Counted from the first letter of the whole stretch, positions 25,776-39,034 are shown. The stretch: DNA of 63,300 nt, filler included, from Rhabdomonas costata (GCA_019059605.1; 52 parts of 52 records of this genome joined end to end with filler, not necessarily neighbours in it); one strand, 5' to 3'. Made by a program: numbers and translations. The notes: generated from the sequence alone by a model not told the origin.

Positions 25776-26665
25776 CACATCTTCGATGAGGTCCGCGCTG
25801 GGCTGCAGCCCGCCCCCGAGAAGCCCGTGGATCCCCGGTGGCGGTCCCTGCTGCCGTTCCAGCCCATGTGCCTCAGACACCAAGTGCTCACTGTGAATAA
25901 GGTGATTCCAAGTTCACCCATCTTCCACTTTCCTCCATCACATTGTCCTGCGCGATGCCAAGATCTGTGGTTTTTTTGTCATGCCTCCTGTTGGATGAAC
26001 CCCATGGGATGGCTTAGGTAGCGTGCTTCATCTGCCCTTGGGCACGTCCAATCTTGCATGCTTTCGCTGGGATGATTTGGGCTGTGATGTTTTTGTCTTT
26101 TTGGTAAGTGCGTTGGTAGGTGCAGGATTGTATTTTCAAATCATGGGGCAGAAATTAATGCTGCTTTGTCACCCACCACGTCTCCTTCTGCACTAGGACT
26201 GCACTCAAATCGAGGGTGCGATTGCCTTCGTGGACATCAGCGGCTTCAGCGCCCTTGCCAACGCTCTCGCGAACCAGGGCGCCAAGGGGGCGATGCTGAT
26301 GTCCAAGGTCCGTGGCTGTTTTCATGGGTCGTGGATTGTTTAAACTTTGGATCTCTCTCGCGTAGTTCGTAATTCTGGCGTTTTTCGCGTCTTCGACAAT
26401 TCCTCTGGCGTGCAGTACATCAACGACTACCTGTCCTGCTTGATCGAAGTGGTTTACTCTTCGGGCGGGGACATCGTGGCCTTCGCCGGAGACGCCTTTT
26501 TGGCGCTCTGGGAGTACAGCCCTACGAGGGACACCCAGCGGGCGCCCCTGCTTCGCGCCACGCAGTGCGCGCTGAAGCTGCAGGAGAAGTTCAACCACTA
26601 CCAAGTCCCGAGCACCTCGATTGTATTGAAGATCCACGTGGGGCTGGCCTACGGAAGCTTTTTGG
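25776..26665 (+). CDS. Soluble adenylyl cyclase (sAC/ADCY10)-like C1 domain, exons 25776-25901, 26197-26307, 26416-26665
   Basis: GAIAFVDISGFSALANAL...GA...SKYINDYLSCLIEVVYSSGGDIVAFAGDAFLALW...RATQCALKLQ...LKIHVGLAYG; all junctions GT-AG and in phase. Confidence 0.92.
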
Positions 26666-29268
26666 GTTCGTTCCTGAGCTTTATCTACGTTTGTGCAGGT
26701 CGTTTAGTCGCTGGAACGAACCCAAAACANNNNNNNNNNNNNNNNNNNNNNNNNNNNNNNNNNNNNNNNNNNNTTAATTAATTAANNNNNNNNNNNNNNN
26801 NNNNNNNNNNNNNNNNNNNNNNNNNNNNNGGTGTGGGGGGGAGTCGCTGGCACCCCGCCGAGGGGTTGGAGAAGGGGAGGAAGCTGGCCGGCGATACCCC
26901 GACGGCTTCTCCGGGCCGTACGTCGCCCCCCCACGGGATGAGCGCTCCTCCGCGCCCCTGCGACCGCGAGGGGGGGAGCGGCTGGAGCTGCGGGCAGAGT
27001 CCCTTCAGAAAACGATAGAGGGTCCAGACCCATTCCCCAAAGGAATACCACGGACATACCCGCATAGAAAATGGGTGAGCCGCGGATCTCCATTTCACAC
27101 CGTTCAAACTGTTTTCAAATTGGAGATTTCAGATTGGAGATTTAATTGAGCTGTTGGGGGAAAAGTACGCACATGGGACAGGCAAGTGAGGAGGGGAAAT
27201 CCCACCTATTGGTACGACTAAACCAACATTTGTAATTTGGTCAATCATCAGATTCAACATCCTCCCCAAATCAGTCAAACACATCTCGAGAGGAGGACAT
27301 TTTGAAAAATGCTCATGACACACTTTTGAATAATTTGAGATAATTTTCTCTTGGTTGATGTGGTTGGTTGGTTGTCAGGACAAGTAAACAGACGCTATCT
27401 AGCGGAGACGATGAAGTAAGATGGAGTGACAGAGAATCAGATGGTGAAACAAACACCGCTCCCTGAAAAATGCATGAAAAGTACCCTGGCGTCCAGTTCA
27501 ACGCAAGAAATCTGGTCAGCGCAGGGGTGAAGTCCGTTGTTGAACCTTGGACTTTATGGTGTGGCGGAGGAGGAACACAAAAAGATGAAGGGCTGGGAAA
27601 TGTAATGCCTCCAAAGAAGCGATGGAAGGGGTGCGATACCTTGCGGGCCCTGACCCCCGCGGTCGGGTTGGCTCAGTGCAGTCCCGCGCCCTGAGCGCAT
27701 CGAATGAGAAAGCGACCTGCACAACTTCGACCACACCTTACGCTGCCGCGTTGTGGACATCTGTCAAAACGCCATCTTTATGAAGCGCGAACTACCGCGG
27801 TCTAACGCCTTCTATAACCATCTCACCTATGTTGAAGAACAAGCAAAGCGCGCAAGTGAAAGAGAGTCGGCTTTGGAACCCGTCAGAAGCCATCCACAGG
27901 GGGCAGGGTTTCAATGCCTGCCTCGGCCACTGAGCAGAGATCCGAGGANNNNNNNNNNNNNNNNNNNNNNNNNNNNNNNNNNNNNNNNNNNNTTAATTAA
28001 TTAANNNNNNNNNNNNNNNNNNNNNNNNNNNNNNNNNNNNNNNNNNNNTTGTTGTTGGCGAAGCGTGTCTGTGTTCGGTTTTGGTTACTGTTTCGTGCTT
28101 TGGTATGGTTGGTATCGTGATGAGTATATGGTGTGGGTGTGGGTGCTGTAGTTGTTCATTTGTTCTGTGCGGAAAAGCTTCTTAGTCAACCTTGACGATT
28201 TCACTTTCCCATCTCACTTGTTTAAAGTTCGCGTGGGCTTCCTGGTGGTCAAGGGCTTCTTTGGGTACGGTGTCTTTTGTTGAGCGGAGTGGAGGTGGTT
28301 GGATAGGAGACCTAGGTGATGTTTGACAATGCAAGAGGCGCTACCAGCAACGACCTAGGAAACGACACCAACACAATTACACACGACAACCTGAGATCCC
28401 ACGTATGAAACAAGGAAATGAAATGTGGAGTACTTTGTGGAAGGCCGCTGGTAACAGTTGAGCTAATGCTGTGCATGAACGCCACACAGGTTGGTCAAGT
28501 GCAGGTGCTGTGGTTAGGCTGGGTTGGAATGGGGCGAGTCATGGGCGTAACGCGCAGGTTTTCACACGTTCATGACACCATGTATCCAGAGACACAAAGC
28601 CGTAGTAGATACGCGTCTACATCAACGTGGGGCTCAGTTAGCCGTGTGGAAACTCAAACCCGGTGGGAATGGCGGAGGGTGAACGTCACCATGGTTGAGC
28701 TGCCGATGCACAGTAAGGCACGGCATGGTGGTTGAATCCTGTTCCCATCCATTTACTCAGTGGTGGAAGTGGTGGTGTGGCCGGTCCTACGGTAGCAACT
28801 CTTGAAGACCAAGACCCAATAAAAGGGTTCATGCGTCGTGGGCGTCGCCTAAACCGACATGACAGTTGATGTCCTTCTCTTGATTTACTGGTCGCCCCCT
28901 ACCGCATTCCTTACACAACCAATGTCTTCACCACCATCACCCTTATGTCCACGAGACATCATGGTACGAAGGTGCTGAAGCAACGCGAGAGGGAGTCGGC
29001 TACAGACCCCAACCCTGATGTTGTAGAGTACAGGATGTTTTGTGCGTAGATGCATAGCTTAAAGCCGCCGACCTGATGCCCGTGAGACTACTACGCAACG
29101 AAGCCAACCCATGGTGTGGTGAAGGGTGGCGGTCCGAAGGCCGTTCAGAGGAAAAGATACACAAAACCNNNNNNNNNNNNNNNNNNNNNNNNNNNNNNNN
29201 NNNNNNNNNNNNTTAATTAATTAANNNNNNNNNNNNNNNNNNNNNNNNNNNNNNNNNNNNNNNNNNNN

Positions 29269-29982
29269 TCTGGGTCGGAGGTGCACTATGAGCAGCGAGG
29301 TGGTGGACCCGGCGAAAGCTCGCGAGTACAAGCATACGGCACGTGACCCCCCCCCACCTTTGACGTGCGCCAAAGACCGACGTTCTCTGTCTCGCCCCGC
29401 TATGAGTCTCCTTCAGAGAATTCGCTGGGGTACTTTTAGTGGGTATAAATCGGAGCTTGGCGTCTTCTTCGCTTGAAAACCGACCTTGCACTCAGACGTT
29501 CGTGCAGTACACCATAGGGCTCTACCCTCTGCAATCGAACGGAACCGGAACCGGCCTGTTTGGTGTGTAAGCTCTGTAGATGAGGCGTTCGGGAGTGATG
29601 CCTCAATCTAAATTTATACATTTCGGCGGAAACATGATAGTCCTTCCGTCTGTCGTCCCGCCAGCCCAGTTTTTGCTTTTTGTTTGCTGTTTCTGTTTTT
29701 TTTTCCGCTGTCGCACTCTCGCCGCCTTCCCTTTTAGGTTGTTCCCAAGAGCCCCGAGGTATCGCAGAAGCTGCGACAGAGCCTCCACGACCTGTACCTC
29801 TTCAAGCACTTGGATGACCGGTGCGTGACAACCCCCGGCCCCCCACCAGCTCTGGCACAATACTCAATGAATCTGTGACACGCTGACGCACACATACGAG
29901 ACTGGTTTTTGTGGTATGACAAAGAAGGCACGTTGCACGGCGATGGTGCATGTGCGGTGTGATCGATATCATGAAACAGGTG

Positions 29983-30014
<32 letters not shown>

Positions 30015-30386
30015 CTGTGCAGGTTGCTTTTGCAAATTTCTAGCACAGCCATATATGCGCACTCGCTACAATAGTACTTGTCGCGACAAAGGCCACTTAT
30101 AATCCGCTGTGGCTTCCCAATCGACTGCCCGCATTGCGCAGGAAAGGAACGTAGCCCGAAGTTAGGGTTCACTAGGTGCCTTTTACTCGCGGAAAAGAAA
30201 ACACTACACTTCCATCTTCAAGCAGCAGGGTGAAAACTCACCTAACAGCAGTTCTCTCTTTCTCTCGCCCCTCCGTCTCCCTCCTCTCCTCTTTCCTCAT
30301 TCATTGCAGGCACGACCCGCACCGTCGTGGGTGTCGTGGAAGCGGTAGAAGTCCTCCGTAAAGGCGTCCGAGCTGAGGTGGTCCCC
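29269..30386 (+). CDS. PKAR: Protein kinase A regulatory subunit-like gene fragment (exons ~29269-29338, 29738-29820, probable ~30310-30386)
   Basis: Inhibitor site RRCTMSSEVVDPAKAREY, then VVPKS...L...L...YLFKHLDD leading into CNB-A; first intron GC-AG; third exon is out of phase by 1 nt. Confidence 0.8.
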
Positions 30387-32045
30387 CANNNNNNNNNNNN
30401 NNNNNNNNNNNNNNNNNNNNNNNNNNNNNNNNTTAATTAATTAANNNNNNNNNNNNNNNNNNNNNNNNNNNNNNNNNNNNNNNNNNNNTTGTTTGTTGCA
30501 GGCACTTCAACACCACGCAGGAGAATTGGCAACGACAGAAGGCAAGAATCCTTGAGCCATTGTCAAGCTAAGATGTCAACTATGCCCACCTCGCTCCCTC
30601 TACCCCTGTCCTCACCCTTCTTTTTCTTTTCTCCTGCGCCCATTCTTCAGGTAGTTTCAGGTCCTTCATTATTAATGACTTGGACCGTTCTTGCTTACAC
30701 TGCTCTGCTTTTCGGGTCTCTGTGCGTTGTGTCCTTGCTTCAGTTTCCAATCTAACTGTAAACTGCTGCCGCACCACTTCACTTCCATCCATTTACGCAC
30801 TACGACGAGAGTACCGTCAGGAAGGGGGAAATGGAGATCAAGCTGATAGAAAACATGACATAAATTAGGGGGCAGGCGCTCACCCTGTGCTAGGCCGTCG
30901 TACGAGGCCACAATGGGGCAGCAAACAGCTGGAAAGTAGAAGAGGAACTCACCTCGCCGAGGACCCCTGTGTGCAAGCACAGATTTTCAGCGCATGTTTC
31001 CACACACGTCTACACTATTTAAGGACATCAAAAGCGGGCACGTGGATGGGTTTTTGGGGGAAAAACTATGCAAAAAAAACATCGTCACATATCTTCGGGA
31101 GCGCTGTTGTGGCTCCAGGCTTGCTTCTGCTGTCATTCGTCGACCCATGGCCACGGGCAATTAGAATCCTTTCTTCGCCCGAATTTTTACTGCCGTTTTA
31201 CTGCTGGTTTTCCATCGCCCCTCCGCGCTACTGCTTCCCATGGACTAACGTGGTTCTTGGCCGTTGTGCAGTTTCCCTTTCAACTAAGAACCAAAACTTT
31301 CCGCTAGGAAACTATGGTTTGATGAGATCGCAAACATGAAAAAGACGAACCCCTGCATTTATCAACGGCACCCAAAACGTACGTACAAAAAACCCCCTGC
31401 CTCTATCCCCGCGAAAGAGAGCCCATGCAAATGGCTCTTCGCCGCCTGTTGCCCACCGAAATCATACGGTTCATGCTGTGGTGCTTCGCGTCCTTGCCAC
31501 CACGGGCGGGGGGGGGGCGTCCTGACGTGTTTGACCTGTAGTTGACCTGTGGTTATTGTCGGAGATTGCTTCCCGGCGTGTGTGTGAGGCTGCGAAGCAC
31601 CACACACCNNNNNNNNNNNNNNNNNNNNNNNNNNNNNNNNNNNNNNNNNNNNTTAATTAATTAANNNNNNNNNNNNNNNNNNNNNNNNNNNNNNNNNNNN
31701 NNNNNNNNGTGGTGTGTTACGCAGTGGCAGAGGCGCTGCAGTGAAAATGATTGTTCCAGGATGTGGCTTATTGATGTTTTCCACACGACCTACCTGAGAA
31801 AGTAGATGGTGATGCCGAATGAAGACTGCATCGAGATCAAAGGAAACTTTTTTGTTCCAAAGGGTGGCTGACAGCTCGTCACTGATGCAGCCGCTTTGCG
31901 GCGGTCTTTGTCCGAGAGGACACCCTTTTTGTCGCGGTAAAATCTCGCTTACGAGATGTGGAAGCATCTGCACACCGCGCTCGGCGCGAAGTTCACAGCA
32001 TTGCTTTTTTTTCGTACGGTCTTTTTGCGGATCGCTTCATTTCAG

Positions 32046-32466
32046 GTGGCCGTGCGGTACGCCGTGGGAAGCACCCTGGTCTGTGACCGGCTAGAGGAGG
32101 CAAAGAAGGTGGCGTTCGGGGACGTCGACGGCAACCGCCACAAAGGTGGCTTCCTGTTCCTAATGCCTTCAGTGTTGAGGTGACTTGTCCCCGGAACCCA
32201 GTGTCACTTCCAGAAATTTTCCATCGAAAACCGGATGAGTTCATCGCGGTTGTCTGAGTAAGATGGGGGCAACTGTTTGGAAATTTGGTTCGATGTGTGC
32301 CGGTAGCGGTGGTTGTGCTTCGCGCTGTGCGTGGGATGCTCTGTGGGTTGCGGTGGCACAGTGGTGACGGTGGACGGCACGTGCATCTTCAAGAACGGCA
32401 CGATGCAGGGCGGGCAGGCCACTGTGGAGCGCCGCGCCCGCAAGTGGGACTCCAAGGCGTACGACG
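32046..32466 (+). CDS. SMC1: Cohesin SMC1 hinge region, exons 32046-32145 and 32362-32466
   Basis: AVRYAVGSTLVCDRLEEAKKVAFG...RHKVVTVDGTCIFKNGTMQGG...RARKWD matches SMC1 AL.YA.G..LVC....AR..AF....R.K.V.LDGT...KSG...GG...KA.RWD. Confidence 0.93.
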
Positions 32467-33260
32467 GTATGGACACTGTTAACCCTACGCTTGCCATCAC
32501 TATACAACTGAACGTACTCACGATGGGTTGCTACAAGTGTCTCTTGAAGAGAAGTGAAACCCGATACATCCATCTGGATATCCTCTGACCACTGCTATGT
32601 TGCTGCTGCAACTTTTGCGTGGTAGCAGTTGGTCACCCTCACGTATGAGATTCAGCAGTGCTGAAACAAAGTTTTTTGCTATGTTTTGATGCGCAGGAAA
32701 CAAAACATGCGAACCATGCAGTTGGTAAACTACGCTCACCTGGCGAACTAGCTGTGATTAGTAGGCTCGGAGCCATCCTCGCCCGTGGGAGAATCTCTTT
32801 CCGATGAAAGTCTGAACTCACACAACAANNNNNNNNNNNNNNNNNNNNNNNNNNNNNNNNNNNNNNNNNNNNTTAATTAATTAANNNNNNNNNNNNNNNN
32901 NNNNNNNNNNNNNNNNNNNNNNNNNNNNGTCACATTTAGGGTCCGGTGGAGGTTTTGGGACCTATTTTGCTGCTATAGCGAGAGGGAGCAGGCGACATCT
33001 TTCACTCCCCCTAGACCCCCTAAAGATGAAACTTGTGATTGCCATTAAAACTGGCGAAGGCCCAACACCTCCAGACAGCGTAGCGAAAACAAAGGACGAA
33101 AAACTCAAAGGAATTTTGCGACAAGCTTTTCTGAATTGTGGGTCCTACTAGTTTATATCCAATTCTGTTTGCAATGTCATTGGAGAATCTTGAACATTGG
33201 GGAGGACTCAATTCATCACCAGTCAAACGAGTTGCTCCGCTCGAAATTCCAACTTTCATT

Positions 33261-33308
33261 CCCTCGACGTTCGGCAGTGAGTAGCCCTCGACGTTCGGCA
33301 GTGAGTAG
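33261..33308 (+). repeat. Perfect 24-bp tandem duplication
   Basis: CCCTCGACGTTCGGCAGTGAGTAG occurs twice in tandem. Confidence 0.9.
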
Positions 33309-33674
33309 GCAGCTTACAGCAAGCGATGCTGGCAACGAAACGCACAACAAAGTTCAGCAAAAAGAGATGGGGGACAGTTTAGTCCTCGGTATTCTGCTTT
33401 TTGCCCTGCAAAATGCAACCCGGGCAACGAGATCCCCAACCCAGCGTTCCCCAACCTCCTTGGTTTAGCCGGGCAGAGGCCGAATATTAAGTGGCCTAAT
33501 TCGGTTGGCTATAAAATTGGGATGTAGAAGCAAGAGACGATATAAGCGTGCAATCAGAATGTACCAAGTCACTGTGTCCAGTGAAAGGTTCGGAAAGAAA
33601 GTTAATTGATTTTGTTTCGCGCAATGATTGCTTGAGATTCACGCGATCCTCCTTTCCCGCACCCCAACCGGTAG

Positions 33675-33880
33675 GTGGACCTGACCTTCTTCCTGGCGAA
33701 GCACGCGAAGGCCCTGGGGGTGGCCGTGCTGTGCGACCAGCGCGCTTTTGCGCAGGTTGAGCCCCTCGTGATAGGGCATCTGGTGGACATTGTGCCCCCA
33801 AGCGAGGGCACGGGGCAGAGTGGCCCCGAGGAAGCTTACCACCTCGCCGCCGAGGCAGGCGGCGGTGCTACGAACGAGTG
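33675..33880 (+). CDS. Exon, degenerate C-terminal part of a class III cyclase domain
   Basis: ggtag|VDLTFFLAKHAKALGVAVLCDQRAFAQVE...HLVDIV...AYHL...NEW|gtttgt; layout matches VN.A.RL....K.LG..IL...VD.V...Y.L...EW. Confidence 0.65.
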
Positions 33881-35126
33881 GTTTGTGTGTGTTGTTCCCT
33901 GTCCAAGAACTCTTACCCTTCCCCATTTTCCACACACTTTCCCCTGTGGAAACACAAATGGCACCTGTTCCGTTGAAGGCCCTTGATGTACTCGTTCCCC
34001 CCCTCCCTCATGTACCACCCGATTTTCTGTCTGTCTTTTTTTTCTCTTNNNNNNNNNNNNNNNNNNNNNNNNNNNNNNNNNNNNNNNNNNNNTTAATTAA
34101 TTAANNNNNNNNNNNNNNNNNNNNNNNNNNNNNNNNNNNNNNNNNNNNGTGTTGGGTGTGGTTGGGTTTTGTGTGGTTTCTGCTCAAAGGTACAGTGTGA
34201 GTGTGCCCTTTGTCACTGGCGTCCCCCTTCCAGAATAGAGCTATGCAGGCTCACATCATCAGCGAGTGGCATTTTGCCATTGTGAGCAGCCCTTATGAGC
34301 TGTGTTGGTGAGCACCCTCTCTAGCGCTTCTGCTGTTGTCACCGCACACAACACACTTTGATTTCCTCTTCTTCTTTTCTTTTTCACAATTCCTGGAAGT
34401 GGTCTCGGCAATTGCGGCAGCTGTTAATACTTCGGCCGTGCCCCCGCCTTTTGTCTTCTTCGTGTTTGCATAATGAAGATGCTTCATGGGTCTTTCCGGC
34501 GCTGACCCACCACAAGCCAACAGGATTCGGTTACCCTGTGGAGGCGCTGTTTATAGGACAAATGGAGCCGCACTCTGTGAGTGAGGTTCCAGTTCACTTG
34601 AAGCGGGTGCGTTTTCTGATTGAGTCATTTTTTTCTCCGCTGCTGTATGTTTGTGTGTCTGACCGTTGTAACTCATGAGTTAATATTTCCTGCATAGGCC
34701 GAGCAACTGCAGCGCTTTGGTGCCAGCGTTTGAGTTGGGCTATTTACTGCAAGGCCCAATTTCGGAGTTTGGCTGTGAAATGTTTTTTCTTTGATTTTTT
34801 AGAATGTTGAATTTCAATTGTTTGGATGCTATTTTCCACCACCACCACGCGCCAAATTCGGACACCTGCTGCTGCTGCAATTTTCGTTCGCTAAGACCGT
34901 TCGCTCAGAGCAAGAATGAAGACATGATACATGAACGAAAATACCATTTTGGGAGCCTCGAACGTGGTGAGAGGGGGCGGAGCTCCCCAAGGAGGGGTAC
35001 TCCTGCACGTAGTTCGCCGAAAACGGGGAAAGTGCCGAGGTGGATGCCGGAGGGTGAGCTGAGGAAGGCCGGCTCGTCAGAGTTCCAATGAGGTCATCCG
35101 TACTCAACGACTCCTGAGAAGCATTA

Positions 35127-35232
35127 TGAGTGAGCTAATGAGTAAGTGAGTGAGTGTGTGTGTGAGTGAGTGAGTGTGTGTGAGTGAGTGAGTGTGTGTG
35201 TGTGTGTGTGCGTGTGTGTGTGTGTGTGTGTG
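35127..35232 (+). repeat. Compound (GAGT)n/(GT)n microsatellite
   Basis: Directly visible; (ACTC)n tracts also at ~2292-2313 and ~16921-16944. Confidence 0.95.
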
Positions 35233-35650
35233 GATGGGCACGGCGCACACTCTCACCCCAATGCCCGTNNNNNNNNNNNNNNNNNNNNNNNNNNNNNNNN
35301 NNNNNNNNNNNNTTAATTAATTAANNNNNNNNNNNNNNNNNNNNNNNNNNNNNNNNNNNNNNNNNNNNGGGGGGTGTGTCTCCTTACCTAAACAACGTGC
35401 TGCCCTATTCTGGGAGGGAAGGGATCTACACTTTGCGCGGCCTAAAGCGTGTCACGCAAATTGGCTTGTTTTCTGTTTAGATGATGATGATCTTTCGGAT
35501 CCTTGCACTTACCAGTCAATGCACGTACATATGCACCCACTTATACAAAGGCGCGCGCATATACACGAAGCCTCGGTGCTCCTCTCCTCGGTGCCTCGCA
35601 CCCGAAGCTGCTCTCTGCTGTTCTCTCTCTGTCTCTCTCTGGTCATTCAG

Positions 35651-35906
35651 GCCATGTTGTGCTGAACAACTCGTTCAGCACTGTGGTGGCTGCCCCAGAC
35701 ATCGCGGTGGGACTCTCCGCGGCCACGCTGCCCTTGCCACTGTGTGGAGCCCAACAGACCGCGGTGGCCCCGGTGCGGGTGCAGGCGGTGGTGGCTAACC
35801 CCAGCCTAGGCTGGGGCGTCGGGGCGGTGCTGACGGTGGGGTTGCCCAGTACCGTCACGGCCACCCTAGGATCGGACTTCCAACTTTTGTGGCAGAGCCC
35901 CTCGTG
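35651..35906 (+). CDS. Exon of a probable extracellular beta-sandwich protein
   Basis: attcag|...|gtgcgt; V/T/A-rich alternating strands ...VRVQAVVANPS...GAVLTVGLPS. Confidence 0.55.
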
Positions 35907-37196
35907 GTGCGTTGGATTTCTCTCGGATCACCATTGCCCTTCATTCCAAACGTGAAACCTTGCGGCGTTTCTACCTCTGCCCTGAGCTGGCTGTACTCTC
36001 TTTGAGGGATTCCTTATTTTTACACTTTGAAAAGACTGTCAAAAGAAATTGGGGCAGATTCCGTAAAAAAAAAATGGGGTGTCGGATTTCATTTAGATCT
36101 TATGCCTCTGACCCGGAACGTGGGTTGGGCCTCACACACGGGAACAGTCCCGTGTACTGCACCAGCAAAATAAAGGCTACTGGGGTGCTAAGGTACTAAG
36201 GACATGTACATCTAATTGACTCCACAGCTCGCTTCAGACACGGAATAAAACAAAAAAGAAACGTCCGCGCCGAACATTCGGCGCCGAGAGCACCTAACAG
36301 TTCACAGGAATAGCGTAGCGTATCGTATTTAATATAAAACATCTGTCCAGACAAAGGCATTGATATGGACTAAAAAGTGCTGGACTGGTCGCATATCATT
36401 TTTCAGAGGTAACTTATCTTGTTGATCAATCCTCCAACCGCAAAGCATCATTTTCTTTACGGCCTGAGTTTAAAGTATACACCCAACCNNNNNNNNNNNN
36501 NNNNNNNNNNNNNNNNNNNNNNNNNNNNNNNNTTAATTAATTAANNNNNNNNNNNNNNNNNNNNNNNNNNNNNNNNNNNNNNNNNNNNGTGGTGGTTGAT
36601 ATTCTTGTTCTTGAGGTAAAGCATCAAGTAGTTCGCAACAAGCACGCTCTAGGGAACCCCATTAGACTCGTATACGATTTTTTGAATAAAAATTCTGATT
36701 CAATTTTGGGCAAACGAATTTATGGGGACCCCTGCAGAAAGGTGTCAGTTTCCTTCGCTTGCGTCATGTTAAAAAGAAATGCAAAAACAATTCTTGATTC
36801 TTGTAAAAACAAAATCATTGATATATTCTTATTATGGATGCCTCGCCCGCAAGCCCTTCACAGTTGGAGCCGCCACAAGGGTTTGTAGCGGATAAGAAGT
36901 GGCAGCAGTCCATTAGCAGCGGCCCTGTGGCGCAGTTCATTTTGGCTTGGCCCATTGCCTTGGGTTGGGCCTGAAATTCACAGCCAACAGCAAATGCAAA
37001 TTCAGTCTCTCTCTCGCTCTCACGCACGCACGCACGCACGCACCTCAAAAAACTTGATACGGATCCTAAGCTGGCTTGACACCGAAGCCCGCGCACACCG
37101 GCGGTAGTGAGGTACCGCGACCCGTGTATCGGGATGGCTTCCTTGATACCTGCAATGCGTTGGAGTGTGTCTCTAACAGTGCTCTTTGTTTGTCAG

Positions 37197-37365
37197 GCGA
37201 AGACCTTTTTTCTGGCGGTGCTCAGTGAGGTCTTCGCCATAGGGAAGAGTTTGATGTGGCCCACCATGGTTCATCTTGTCGTGGACGCTCGTCCGCTCCA
37301 GCAAAAGCAGCCGACGCAGCACGACACCCCTAGGGAAGGCGTGGACTGGACAACCACAACGCTAG
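37197..37365 (+). CDS. Exon of a probable membrane transporter (MFS-like)
   Basis: tgtcag|AKTFFLAVLSEVFAIGKSLMWPTMVHLVV...TTTTLG|gtatcc; hydrophobic helix plus G.S..WP motif. Confidence 0.45.
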
Positions 37366-39034
37366 GTATCCTGTTCCCTTTGCCCAGTGGTGGCAGGAAG
37401 GGTGGAGGCTTCGCATGCAAAACAAAATCGGCTCTCTCCATTCGCTCCCATTTTTTCACGCACATTCGCAGCCTAAGAATTTTTGTTTTTGAGGACCTAA
37501 GTTTGCCAGAAGTAAGAGCATTTCGTTGAAAGCGACCTTTTCGGACTTCATAGCGCAAATAAAAAAATAAGAAGATAAACAGATGCAGCAGGTTCACTTG
37601 TTGATGTGACGTGGTAACCTTAGGCTTCCCCACTCGACTTGTAACTGTGAAGCATGTGGGGCGGTCACGGGTGCAGGGAAACAAGAGCCTGCGCGATGAA
37701 CCACAAAANNNNNNNNNNNNNNNNNNNNNNNNNNNNNNNNNNNNNNNNNNNNTTAATTAATTAANNNNNNNNNNNNNNNNNNNNNNNNNNNNNNNNNNNN
37801 NNNNNNNNCCCTGAAAACCGGGGAGGGGTTTCGGGAGGTGACTGAGGAGGCATGGGTGGCTGTGGCCCATGCGCTGGCGCGTGCTGTGGCGCGGCAGCTG
37901 GCGCGGGCCAGGCAGGTAGCCTGACCTTGCACGGCTCCATCGTGTTGAGTGGGCTCGCCCGTGAACAAGGGGTGCCAGTGATGCAGCGACGCGGTGATTT
38001 TTGTGGGCTGCAAGTGGCCACGTGCCAGTTGCCGAGCCCCTTTCGGCGTGGGTGGTTCGTTGTACAGTACCTTGTGGGTGCTGTCGGCCCTCCTGCCCTC
38101 TCTCCTGCCCTCCGCTGCGTGGGGCAGAAGCGGTGCAAAAGGGTTACGAGGGTTGGAGGGTTTCAACTTAAACAAACAATTGTACGCTGCCTTCATTAAA
38201 TTTTGACATTTTCAGGGAAACCATACCTCGTTGAGAAATTTGGCTTGGAAGTGACCCTCACCCACCTTGTCTTAGCACCTCCTGTCATGGGCCGCTGCTC
38301 TCTGCGGCCCAAGACATCCTGGACCAGCAGAAACTGGACAACGTTCACAGAAGCGGGGGAAGTTTTGACCGCCACCCAAACATGCCAACCGCCCGGCCGC
38401 TCACAACACCTCCACCCAAGGCCGTGCTGAGTCACTCACGCACGGCTGAAGTTGGCTCGGCCAAGGGTAATTCCATGTTTCTCCTCTTTCATTTTTTTGT
38501 GAGTTTCTTGCTCATTTGTTTTTGGCCCATGGTGTTCAATGGTATGACAACTTTCTTTCAATGCGGAGCCAGCCAGGGGGTATGACGCCAAATCCGCAGC
38601 CATCCTCCCGAGTGTCTGGAGGAGCGGTTGTGCCGCCTGGCAGCGCTTCCTCTTCTCGTCCGGCTTACTACATCCCCGGAGTGGACTTTTCGAAAGCGGT
38701 TGTGGAGTTCATCAAGGGTCGTTTATTTTTCACCTGCTTGGCCGCGAGTCCAGGTTTGCTCAGGTTTCGCTCGTTCGATGTAAAGTCCACGTTCATGCGG
38801 GAATTCGGAGTATCTTTCAACTTCCTTTTCCTCAAGCCCGAAGTTTCAAGCTGTTGGCCTGCAACCTTTTCGTCTTTGAACTAAGCCCGTTTCGGACGTT
38901 TGAAACTGAGATTTTCTGCAAAAACACANNNNNNNNNNNNNNNNNNNNNNNNNNNNNNNNNNNNNNNNNNNNTTAATTAATTAANNNNNNNNNNNNNNNN
39001 NNNNNNNNNNNNNNNNNNNNNNNNNNNNGGGGTT

